The translations under genes were made by a program, and so were the position numbers. The notes beneath the pieces are model-generated. The model made no database searches. It saw nothing but the letters and a program-made list of their open reading frames with translations, and was not told where the DNA came from. This document shows positions 16,936 through 24,460 of a DNA stretch of 32,000 nt, piece after piece. The stretch comes from an uncultured Opitutales bacterium (GTDB lineage Bacteria; Verrucomicrobiota; Verrucomicrobiia; Opitutales; Intestinicryptomonadaceae), in NCBI GenBank assembly GCA_934613415.1, contig CAKTSY010000003.1, forward strand, positions 240,001 through 272,000. The letters are read 5' to 3'. The number at the start of each line of letters is the position of its first letter. The stretch's first letter is position 1.

Positions 16936-18465
16936 TTATTTGCCCCTTTTAAATATGTTAAATGCGCTTAGCTGTTTAAAGCGCAAAAGTTTTAACGCGC
17001 ACAAATAGCACAGCATTGCAAGTGGGAACACCGCCAAGCAAACTAGCCCCGACAATAACTTAGGCTGCAAAACATAAACTGCCAGCACGCACTTTAGGGC
17101 ATACGCAAACACGCCCATAACCGCGCTTGCCGCCGCAATCTTTGCAAAGTCTAAAAATATTTTAACCGTACCTATGCGGCGCACAAAAAAGTATCTTAAA
17201 ACCAAATATTGAACCACCGCCGCAAGTGCGTTTGCCATTGCCAAACCCAGCGCGCTAAATTTAAACATAAATATAAGCGAAAAAACCAAGTTTGCCAAAA
17301 ACGTAAAAGCCGAGGCAGCCAGCGGAATTTTTGTGTTCTTTTTAGAAAAGAACGCCCTAACCGCCAAAGTAGACGCCGAAATAAACGGCAGCGACAGCGC
17401 GCTTACAACAACTATTGGCGCGCATATAGCCAAGTCGGCACTGCCAAACGATTTCCATTCAAACAAAAAACCCAGAATATCGCGGCTAAAAAGCGCAAGC
17501 CCAACCGTTGCGGGAATGCTTATTGCGTTTACGCCAACCAACGCCTTAGAGTATTCCGACAAGTATTTTGTTTTGTCGCCGTCGGAATTTAGCATTGCCA
17601 ATTTCGGGAAATACACGGTGGCAACGGCAACTGCAAATACGCCCAGGGGCAGCTCTAGCAACCTGCTAGACAAGTGCAAAGCAGCCACTGCATAGTCGGC
17701 AATCCAAAAGCCGAATATTTTTGAAACCAACACGTTTATTTGAACTACCGAAGCCCCCAACAACGCTGGCATAAAAAGTTTAAACAAAACGCCAAGCTCT
17801 TTCGATTTAGAAAAATCAACCCTGTAGCGCCAGCCCCTATTCCTCAGCAAAACGGCGGGAATTGCAAGCTGTATTACGCCGCCTAACAGAATGCCCGAGC
17901 ACGCAAAGTAGACAATGTTTACCTGTTCTTTACAAAAAAATACGCCCAGCAAAAACGACGCTATCATTGATATGTTTAGGCATATTGCCCCTATAGACGG
18001 CAGCCCGAAACTGCCCAAGACATTCAACGCCGAAACGCCCAAAGCCGCCAGACATATAAAAAAGGCGTACGGCATTAGTATCGCCGAAAACAGTGCCCCC
18101 AGCGAATATTTTTGCGAATCGGCAAAACCCGAATAGTAGAACAAAGCCCCCGCAATTACAATGCCAACCAGCACAATCAACGCCAAACCCGCCCAAGACA
18201 GAACCTGGTTTAAAAACTTAAACGCCTTTTCAAGCCCGCCCTCTTTGTATGTAGATGCAAAAACGGGAACCATTGCCGAGCTTAGCGCACCTTCGCCCAT
18301 AAGCCTTCTAAGCAAATTCGGCAGCGCAAACGCAAAAAGAAACGCCGAATTTACAACGCTTGTTCCCAAATACATAAAGGTAAGCATATCGCGCACAAGC
18401 CCCAACGCCCTAGACCCTACGGTAGAGGACGCAACTTTTATAACGTTTTTAAGGCTTTCGGTCAT
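16936..18465 (-). CDS. murJ: Lipid II flippase MurJ (MviN family)
   Basis: 509-aa polytopic membrane protein with the MurJ N-terminal motif GSRALGLVRDMLTFMYLG. Confidence 0.85.
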   Translation of the reverse strand: MTESLKNVIKVASSTVGSRALGLVRDMLTFMYLGTSVVNSAFLFAFALPNLLRRLMGEGALSSAMVPVFASTYKEGGLEKAFKFLNQVLSWAGLALIVLVGIVIAGALFYYSGFADSQKYSLGALFSAILMPYAFFICLAALGVSALNVLGSFGLPSIGAICLNISMIASFLLGVFFCKEQVNIVYFACSGILLGGVIQLAIPAVLLRNRGWRYRVDFSKSKELGVLFKLFMPALLGASVVQINVLVSKIFGFWIADYAVAALHLSSRLLELPLGVFAVAVATVYFPKLAMLNSDGDKTKYLSEYSKALVGVNAISIPATVGLALFSRDILGFLFEWKSFGSADLAICAPIVVVSALSLPFISASTLAVRAFFSKKNTKIPLAASAFTFLANLVFSLIFMFKFSALGLAMANALAAVVQYLVLRYFFVRRIGTVKIFLDFAKIAAASAVMGVFAYALKCVLAVYVLQPKLLSGLVCLAVFPLAMLCYLCALKLLRFKQLSAFNIFKRGK

Positions 18466-18495
18466 AAAGGCACAAACTTTTGCACAAAATGCCGC

Positions 18496-19299
18496 CTAGC
18501 GCAAACCGAAAAAGTTTTCGGCATTAAGCGTTGTAATTTTAGAAATATCCTCCAAGCTTATCCCGAAAAGTTTTGCGGCGTACTCGGCTATGTGTTTTAT
18601 ATTTGCCGGCTCGTTTACCGTGCCTCTTACAGGAACGGGAGCCAAATAGGGGCAGTCGGTTTCGAACATAAGTTTTTCAAGCCCCTGGCAAAGCATACAA
18701 TCCCTCATCTGTTGGGCGTTTTTATAGGTTATAATTCCCGTAAACGATGCCCTTGCACCCGTTTGCATAAGCTCCTTTAGCTCGTCAGGTGTTCCGCTAA
18801 AGCAGTGGAAGACAACTTTAGACATATCTACCCCAGATTTTTTAAGTATTTCCAACGCATCTAAAACCGCGCTTCGGGCATGTATGCAAACGGGGCAATC
18901 CATATCCTTTGCAAATTCAAGCTGTCGGGCAAAAACCTTTTTTTGCAGCGCAACTTTTTCGGCTATCTCGCTTTTAGTGCCCTCCATTTTATAAAAGTCC
19001 AGCCCTATTTCGCCAATGGCTTTTGGGGCAAATTCGCCGTCTGCAAAATACGAGCACAGCCCGTCTAAGGCTAAAATAGATTCGTCGTCTATTTCGGTTG
19101 GGTGCAGCCCTACACACCAGTAAAGCTTGTTTGGGAACTGCCTTACCGCCTTAGAATAATAGTTCCAATCGTTTACCCTTGCCGAAGCGTTTACAATTTT
19201 TCCGACTCCGTTTTGGGCGGCGCGTTCTACAATGTCGTTTAGGGTAAAGCCTTCTTTTAAAGAATCCCTTTCCAAATGTGCGTGGGTGTCGATAAGCAT
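18496..19299 (-). CDS. TatD-family metal-dependent hydrolase/DNase
   Basis: Has the MLIDTHAHL metal-binding HxH motif at the N-terminus, plus IGEIGLD, VCIHAR, HCFSG and ETDCPYL motifs. The ATG at 19299 is preferred over the upstream GTG at 19317. Confidence 0.88.
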   Translation of the reverse strand: MLIDTHAHLERDSLKEGFTLNDIVERAAQNGVGKIVNASARVNDWNYYSKAVRQFPNKLYWCVGLHPTEIDDESILALDGLCSYFADGEFAPKAIGEIGLDFYKMEGTKSEIAEKVALQKKVFARQLEFAKDMDCPVCIHARSAVLDALEILKKSGVDMSKVVFHCFSGTPDELKELMQTGARASFTGIITYKNAQQMRDCMLCQGLEKLMFETDCPYLAPVPVRGTVNEPANIKHIAEYAAKLFGISLEDISKITTLNAENFFGLR

Positions 19300-19382
19300 A
19301 TTGAAAAAATATTCCACTTATATCGGATACAATCAAGAGATTTTATTGACGATATTGCATATAAAAGATTTATATTTTTATT

Positions 19383-20300
19383 ATGGAAAAGATTGTTATA
19401 GCAGGAAGCGGTTGCGCGGGGCTGACGGCTGCAATTTATGCGGCAAGGGCGGGCTTAAACCCGCTTGTTATAGAGGGCGCGCAATCGGGCGGAATTTTAA
19501 CGACTACGTCGAATGTAGAGAATTTTCCCGGCTTTGCCGATGGCATAGACGGCTTTACCCTTTTATGGAATATGCGAAAACAAGCCGAAAAATTTGGCGC
19601 GCGTTTTTTAAGCGACCAAATTGTTAATGCCGATTTAAAATCTGCCCTAAAAAAAATCGCGTTGCAGTCGTCGCAAAGCATTGAATGCGAAAAAATAATC
19701 TTGGCACTAGGCGCAAAACCGAAACTAACTGGAGCAAAAAACGAGGAAATGTTTTACGGCGGCAAGGGAGTTTCTACCTGCGCAACCTGCGACGGCGCAT
19801 TCTACAAAGGCAAAACCGTTGCCGTTGTAGGCGGGGGCGACTCGGCTGCCGAAGAAGCCCTGTTTTTAACCAAATTTGCACAAAAGGTGTTTTTAATTCA
19901 CCGCAGAGACTCGCTTAGAGCGTCTGACTTGATGGCAAAAAGGGTTTTAAGCAACCCGAAAATTACACCCATTTGGAACCATACCGTAAGCGAAGTTTTG
20001 GGCGAAAACGGCAAAGTTTGCGCTCTTGTTTTAAAAGACACAAAAAACGCAACTTTGCAAACTTTGCAAACAAGCGCAATGTTTGTGGCAATTGGCAGCA
20101 CGCCCAACACCGACTTTTGCAAAGGCCAGCTAGATATGGATAGCAACGGCTATATAATTCCGCAAAGCGGCTCGCTTGTAAAAACCAACCTTGAAAACGT
20201 GTTTGCAGCAGGCGACTGCTGCGACCCCGAATTTAGGCAGGCAATAACTGCGGCGGCAACGGGGGCAATGGCTGCAATTCTATGCTCTAAAGAAAGCTGA
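19383..20300 (+). CDS. trxB: Thioredoxin-disulfide reductase
   Basis: 305-aa ORF with the FAD motif GSGCAGLTAAIYAARAG, the redox-active CATCDG, the NADPH motif GGGDSAAEEA and the C-terminal FAAGD motif. Confidence 0.93.
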   Translation: MEKIVIAGSGCAGLTAAIYAARAGLNPLVIEGAQSGGILTTTSNVENFPGFADGIDGFTLLWNMRKQAEKFGARFLSDQIVNADLKSALKKIALQSSQSIECEKIILALGAKPKLTGAKNEEMFYGGKGVSTCATCDGAFYKGKTVAVVGGGDSAAEEALFLTKFAQKVFLIHRRDSLRASDLMAKRVLSNPKITPIWNHTVSEVLGENGKVCALVLKDTKNATLQTLQTSAMFVAIGSTPNTDFCKGQLDMDSNGYIIPQSGSLVKTNLENVFAAGDCCDPEFRQAITAAATGAMAAILCSKES

Positions 20301-20321
20301 TTTTTTACAAAAATTTTGCAC

Positions 20322-20354
20322 AAAAAAACCGCGGCTTTTTAAGCTGCGGTTTTT
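20322..20354. terminator. Bidirectional intrinsic terminator between trxB and hisG
   Basis: The sequence aaaaaaaccgcggc-tttttaa-gctgcggttttt forms a 9-bp stem (one G:U pair). It is flanked by A7 and T5 runs. Confidence 0.8.
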
Positions 20355-20379
20355 CTATTATATAAATTTGTTCTAAAAA

Positions 20380-21240
20380 TTAGGGAATAACCTTGTTTAG
20401 GGGATATTCTACAATGCCTTCTGCGCCCAGGCTTTTCAGTGTGGGGATTATATCGCGGACAACCTCTTCCTGAACGATTGTTTCGATTGCAACCCATGCG
20501 GGGTCGGACAACTGCGAAACCGTGGGTTTCCTTAACGCGGGCAGGCTGGAAATTACCTTCGAAACATTCGCCTTGGGCAGGTTCATCTTTAGGCCTACTT
20601 TGTGTACGGCTTCCAATGCGCCCTTTAAGAGCATTGCAATTGTTTCAATCTTGGCGCGCTTTTCGGGGTTTTCCCAAGCGGCTTTGTTGGCAATAAGTTT
20701 TGTGTTTGTATACATCATAGTGGCTATGATGCGCAAGCGGTTTGCCCTAATCGACGAACCCGTTTCGGTAATATCGGCAATTGCGTCTACCAAGTCGGGA
20801 ACTTTAATTTCGGTTGCGCCCCACGAAAATTCAACGTCGGCGTTAACCTGATTGTCTGCCAAATATTTTTTTGTTACGTTTACCAACTCGGTGGCAATGC
20901 GTTTGCCTTCCAAGTCTTTTACGGTTTGAATGGGAGAATCTTCCTTAACGCAGATAACCCATTTAGATTTCAGCGCTGTCGCCTTGCTGTAGATTAGGTC
21001 GCAAACTTCTACAACGTCGCTCGAATTTTCCAAAATCCAGTCGTAACCGGTAAGGCCGCAATCGAAAAAGCCAAGCTCTACATAGCGGCTAATTTCCTGA
21101 GCGCGTACAAAACGCCCGTCTAGTTCGGGGTCGTCTATAGACGGCTTGTAGGAACGGCTGCTTTTTGTGATGTTCCAACCCGCTTTTTTAAAGAGGGTCA
21201 TTGTTGATTCTTCAAGGCTTCCTTTGGGAAAACCGAACAT
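20380..21240 (-). CDS. hisG: ATP phosphoribosyltransferase (long form)
   Basis: Has the N-terminus [11 protein letters not shown] (PKGxL motif) and the PRPP-binding-type motif [15 protein letters not shown], and its length fits the long form with a regulatory domain. The track ORF extends to 21333 but that part overlaps the tRNA. Start is the ATG at 21240 or the GTG at 21258, which is preceded by AAGG. Confidence 0.88.
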   Translation of the reverse strand: MFGFPKGSLEESTMTLFKKAGWNITKSSRSYKPSIDDPELDGRFVRAQEISRYVELGFFDCGLTGYDWILENSSDVVEVCDLIYSKATALKSKWVICVKEDSPIQTVKDLEGKRIATELVNVTKKYLADNQVNADVEFSWGATEIKVPDLVDAIADITETGSSIRANRLRIIATMMYTNTKLIANKAAWENPEKRAKIETIAMLLKGALEAVHKVGLKMNLPKANVSKVISSLPALRKPTVSQLSDPAWVAIETIVQEEVVRDIIPTLKSLGAEGIVEYPLNKVIP

Positions 21241-21291
21241 TATAAGTGGATTGCTCACGAGTTTTACCTTGCTTGATGTGTATATGAAAAA

Positions 21292-21364
21292 TGGAGACGA
21301 TCGGGTTCGAACCGACGACCTCCACAATGCCATTGTGGCGCTCTTCCAACTGAGCTACGTCCCC
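21292..21364 (-). tRNA. tRNA-Ala (anticodon GGC)
   Basis: The reverse complement is GGGGACGTAGCTCAGTTGGAAGAGCGCCACAATGGCATTGTGGAGGTCGTCGGTTCGAACCCGATCGTCTCCA. It folds as a 73-nt cloverleaf with a 7-bp acceptor stem carrying the Ala identity pair G3:U70. It has a GCTC/GAGC D-stem, a CCACA/TGTGG anticodon stem with loop AU-GGC-AU, and a T-loop TTCGAAC. CCA is not encoded. Confidence 0.93.
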
Positions 21365-21390
21365 TAAATATTAGAAAAATTAAAGTGGCT

Positions 21391-21418
21391 ACTTTACCTT
21401 ATTTATATTTGCAGTCAA
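21391..21418 (-). promoter_or_regulatory. Sigma70-like promoter candidate for tRNA-Ala (and possibly hisG)
   Basis: The minus strand reads TTGACT-N16-TAAAGT. The -10 element ends 26 nt upstream of the mature tRNA 5' end. Confidence 0.35.
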
Positions 21419-21506
21419 CAAAAATTTTACTTTTTTTGCGAAACGTAGCGTTGAAGTGCAAGCGCGTATAAATGTTTATCGGCAAAAATAACCCCGAAAA
21501 AGTTTT

Positions 21507-22421
21507 TTATTGGTTTATTGCGGGGTTTGCCTGCAATATCTTTTTTGCCTGCGCGTTCCCGTTTTGCGCGGCTCTTTTTATCCAATACTTAAACTTGTCT
21601 AAATCCATCGAAAGACCGCCAGCGCCCTCTTTGTAGCAGTTCGCCAAATAATACATCGATTCTGCATCGCCCTTTTCGGCGGCGGCAGTCCAAATCGCAA
21701 CGGCTTTTTTTGGGTCGGCTTTAACGCCGTCGCCCGTATAGTAGCAGTTGGCAAGCATACACTGCGCCGAAGTATTGCCGTTTTCGGCGGCCTTTTGCCA
21801 AATTTTTACGGCAACAGAAATGTCTTTTTTAACGCCTTCGCCTCTTGCATAGCAAAAGCCTATGTTAACCTGCGCCCTTTCGTTGCCGCGTTCTGCCGCC
21901 TTAACCCACCATTGATACGCCAAAACAGGGTCGCGCATAACGCCAAGCCCGTTTGCGTAGCATACGCCTATATAAAACATTGCGTCTACATCGCCCAGCT
22001 CGGCCGCGCTTTTCCACAATTCGGCGGCTTTATGCTGGTTGTGGGGCAAAAGCTCGCCCGTGTGGTACAAAATTGCCAAAGAACACTGCGCGCCGGCGTG
22101 CCCCATAGAGGCAGCCTTTTGCCACCAATATACCGCCTGCTGCGGGTTTGGGTCGCGCCCGTATTTGTCGCCGTTGGCAAGGCGGTTGCCCAATTCGTAT
22201 TGAGCCTGAACATTGCCCGACGAAGCCGCCATTATAAGCTTACGCAACTGCTCGGCCTCTTTTTGTTCGGGTGTTTTTTCAGGGGCGTCGTAGTCTATGC
22301 GGGCGTCTAGCGTTAAAATTTCGGGGTCGCCCGATCTCTTTTCTATTGCGGGCGTTTTTACCGTGGCATACGAAGCCGAAAGCAAAGTAGTCAAAGACAA
22401 AATATATACTATTTTTCGCAT
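21507..22421 (-). CDS. Secreted Sel1-like (SLR/TPR-type) repeat protein
   Basis: 304-aa ORF with the signal peptide MRKIVYILSLTTLLSASYA. It has about seven Sel1-type repeats with the recurring pattern G(N/D/H)xxAQxxLGxxYxxGxGV...A..W..KAA. Confidence 0.85.
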   Translation of the reverse strand: MRKIVYILSLTTLLSASYATVKTPAIEKRSGDPEILTLDARIDYDAPEKTPEQKEAEQLRKLIMAASSGNVQAQYELGNRLANGDKYGRDPNPQQAVYWWQKAASMGHAGAQCSLAILYHTGELLPHNQHKAAELWKSAAELGDVDAMFYIGVCYANGLGVMRDPVLAYQWWVKAAERGNERAQVNIGFCYARGEGVKKDISVAVKIWQKAAENGNTSAQCMLANCYYTGDGVKADPKKAVAIWTAAAEKGDAESMYYLANCYKEGAGGLSMDLDKFKYWIKRAAQNGNAQAKKILQANPAINQ

Positions 22422-22538
22422 AAGCCAAAAATTCTTTAGAGAACAAAAATTTATGCAACATAAAAATTAGGCGCGCATTTGCCCTTGCCTACAGCAAAAA
22501 TTCAACAAAATTGTATCTAAATTTTATTTTCGTTTTAG

Positions 22539-22566
22539 TTGACGAACTCGAAATATGTTATAAAGT
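22539..22566 (+). promoter_or_regulatory. Sigma70-like promoter candidate for the IscU-like/GGGtGRT operon
   Basis: TTGACG-N16-TAAAGT lies about 45 nt upstream of the ATG at 22610 in an AT-rich divergent intergenic region. Confidence 0.35.
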
Positions 22567-22609
22567 AAATATATCTTTTTTTTAATTAACCTAAAACAGA
22601 TAAAAAACT

Positions 22610-23314
22610 ATGAGTTGTCCATATCAGTGCTCGCACGAAGTTCAACAAATGTGCCATGTGGCCAAAGGTGCCAAACATGCGCCCGCCCCCATACCCGAAG
22701 AAGGTAGGTGGGTTAAATCAACCCAGATAAGCGACATCAGCGGTTTAACGCACGGCGTTGGCGCCTGCGCTCCCCAACAGGGCTGCTGCAAGCTTACATT
22801 AAACGTAAAGAAAGGCGTAATCGAAGAAGCCTTGGTAGAAACCATCGGTTGCTCGGGTATGACCCACTCGGCCGCTATGGCATCGGAAGTTCTCCCCGGC
22901 AAAACAATTCTCGAAGCCCTCAATACCGACTTGGTTTGCGACGCTATAAACGTTGCAATGAGAGAACTTTTCCTCCAAATCGTTTACGGCAGAACACAAA
23001 CGGCTTTCTCGGAAGACGGTTTGCCCATTGGCGCAGGTCTCGAAGACTTGGGCAAGGGCTTGCGTTCGCAGGTAGGCACAATGTTCTCGTCTAAAATTAA
23101 AGGCCCCCGCTATTTGGAAATGGCAGAAGGCTATATTTTGGAAATAGGCCTTGACGCCAACGACGAAATTATCGGTTATAAATTTGTACGCTTGGGCAAA
23201 ATGCTTGAAGCTATCCGCAACGGAACCGATCCTAAAACGGCGTTCGAAAAGAATCTCGGCACATACGGCAGATTTGACGAAGCTGTAAAGAAGATTGACC
23301 CACGCAAAGAATAA
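22610..23314 (+). CDS. Cys-rich IscU/NifU-N-like (Fe-S scaffold-like) protein, partner of the GGGtGRT protein
   Basis: 234-aa ORF. Residues about 48-120 align by eye to IscU: GACAPQQGCCKLTLNVKKGVIEEALVETIGCSGMTHSAAMASEVLPGKTILEA...LVCDAINVA against [50 protein letters not shown]...HCSILAEDAIKA. All 8 Cys lie in the first 110 residues, including the N-terminal CPYQC...C. Confidence 0.75.
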   Translation: MSCPYQCSHEVQQMCHVAKGAKHAPAPIPEEGRWVKSTQISDISGLTHGVGACAPQQGCCKLTLNVKKGVIEEALVETIGCSGMTHSAAMASEVLPGKTILEALNTDLVCDAINVAMRELFLQIVYGRTQTAFSEDGLPIGAGLEDLGKGLRSQVGTMFSSKIKGPRYLEMAEGYILEIGLDANDEIIGYKFVRLGKMLEAIRNGTDPKTAFEKNLGTYGRFDEAVKKIDPRKE

Positions 23315-23327
23315 GGAGTCGAATAAT

Positions 23328-24335
23328 ATGAGTCAGACATTATTTGAAGGATACGACAGACGCATAGCCAAAATCGAAAAGGTTATGCAGCAATACGGCA
23401 TTGCCGATTTCGACGACGCCAAGAAAATCTGCCTCGACAAGGGCGTTAATGTAGAAGCCATTGTTAAGGGCGTTCAGAACATTGCTTTCGAAAACGCCGT
23501 TTGGGCATACACTTTGGGGGCGGCAATTGCAATTAAGCAAAACGCAGCCAAGGCCGACAAAGCCGCCGAAATGATTGGCGTAGGCTTGCAGGCATTCTGC
23601 ATTCCCGGCTCTGTTGCCGACCAAAGAAACGTTGGCTTAGGCCACGGCAATTTGGGCGCAATGCTTTTAAGAGACGAAACAAAATGCTTCTGCTTCTTGG
23701 CAGGCCACGAATCGTTTGCGGCAGCCGAAGGCGCAATAGGCATTGCAAGAACCGCCAACAAGGTAAGAAAAGAACCCCTGCGCGTTATACTTAACGGCTT
23801 GGGCAAAGACGCAGCCTACATCATTTCGAGAATCAACGGCTTTACATTTGTTGAAACCGACTACGACTACTCGACAGGCAAATTGAACATCGTAAAGGAA
23901 CAGCCCTTCTCCAACGGCGAAAAAGCCAAGGTTAAGGTATACGGCGCCGACGATGTTTCCGAAGGCGTTGCCATTATGATACACGAAGGTGTAGACGTTT
24001 CGATTACGGGCAATTCTACGAATCCTACAAGATTCCAACACCCCGTTGCAGGCACATACAAAAAGTGGGCAATCGAAAACGGCAAGAAATACTTCTCGGT
24101 AGCTTCCGGCGGCGGTACAGGCAGAACTTTGCACCCCGACAACGTTGCGGCGGGTCCAGCTTCGTACGGTATGACCGACACTATGGGCAGAATGCACGGC
24201 GACGCGCAGTTTGCAGGTTCTTCGTCGGTTCCCGCACACGTTGAAATGATGGGTCTTATCGGTATGGGCAACAACCCCATGGTTGGTGCTACAGTTGCAG
24301 TTGCAGTTGCAGTTGCCGAAGGCCTTAGCAAGTAA
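23328..24335 (+). CDS. GGGtGRT-motif protein (conserved family, function unknown)
   Basis: 335-aa ORF from the ATG at 23328, preceded by AAGGAG 7 nt upstream. The track start at 23295 lies inside the upstream gene. It contains the literal motif SGGGTGRTLHPDN (nt 24108-24128) and a Gly/Met-rich C-terminus. It starts 13 nt after the stop of the IscU-like gene and is followed by a terminator. Confidence 0.8.
   Translation: MSQTLFEGYDRRIAKIEKVMQQYGIADFDDAKKICLDKGVNVEAIVKGVQNIAFENAVWAYTLGAAIAIKQNAAKADKAAEMIGVGLQAFCIPGSVADQRNVGLGHGNLGAMLLRDETKCFCFLAGHESFAAAEGAIGIARTANKVRKEPLRVILNGLGKDAAYIISRINGFTFVETDYDYSTGKLNIVKEQPFSNGEKAKVKVYGADDVSEGVAIMIHEGVDVSITGNSTNPTRFQHPVAGTYKKWAIENGKKYFSVASGGGTGRTLHPDNVAAGPASYGMTDTMGRMHGDAQFAGSSSVPAHVEMMGLIGMGNNPMVGATVAVAVAVAEGLSK
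24294..24317 (+). repeat. In-frame hexanucleotide tandem repeat (GTTGCA x3 + GTTGCC) encoding (VA)4
   Basis: The sequence gttgca gttgca gttgca gttgcc lies near the 3' end of the GGGtGRT gene. Confidence 0.9.
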
Positions 24336-24354
24336 TATAGCAATATTGCTTTAC

Positions 24355-24394
24355 AAAAAATGCCGAAGGGTTTGTTCCTTTCGGCATTTTTTTT
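24355..24394. terminator. Bidirectional intrinsic terminator between the GGGtGRT gene and the convergent oxidoreductase gene
   Basis: The sequence aaaaaatgccgaagg-gtttgtt-cctttcggcatttttttt forms a 10-bp stem (one bulge). It is flanked by an A6 run and a T8 run. Confidence 0.85.
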
Positions 24395-24460
24395 GCGTCT
24401 TTTTTTGTTGTGCAATTTTGTCTTTTTAGCCCCCCCGAAAAACTTTTCGGGCAAAAACAA

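Noticed and set aside
21241-21333. N-terminal 31-codon extension of the hisG ORF ([13 protein letters not shown]...)
   Set aside because: It is the reverse-strand reading of the tRNA-Ala gene. The conserved hisG N-terminus ([11 protein letters not shown]) begins at 21240.
21440-21506. Possible terminator hairpin (GCGCUUGCACUUCAACGC) after the Sel1-repeat gene
   Set aside because: The stem has a bulge and is not followed by a U-tract on the minus strand, so it is not convincing as an intrinsic terminator.
23667-24460. Two long minus-strand ORFs (190 and 197 aa) opposite the GGGtGRT gene
   Set aside because: These are shadow ORFs, a pattern common on the antisense strand of real genes. They are Arg/Cys/Val-rich, have no RBS, and overlap the terminator. 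The plus-strand gene has an SD, a family-defining motif and operon context.
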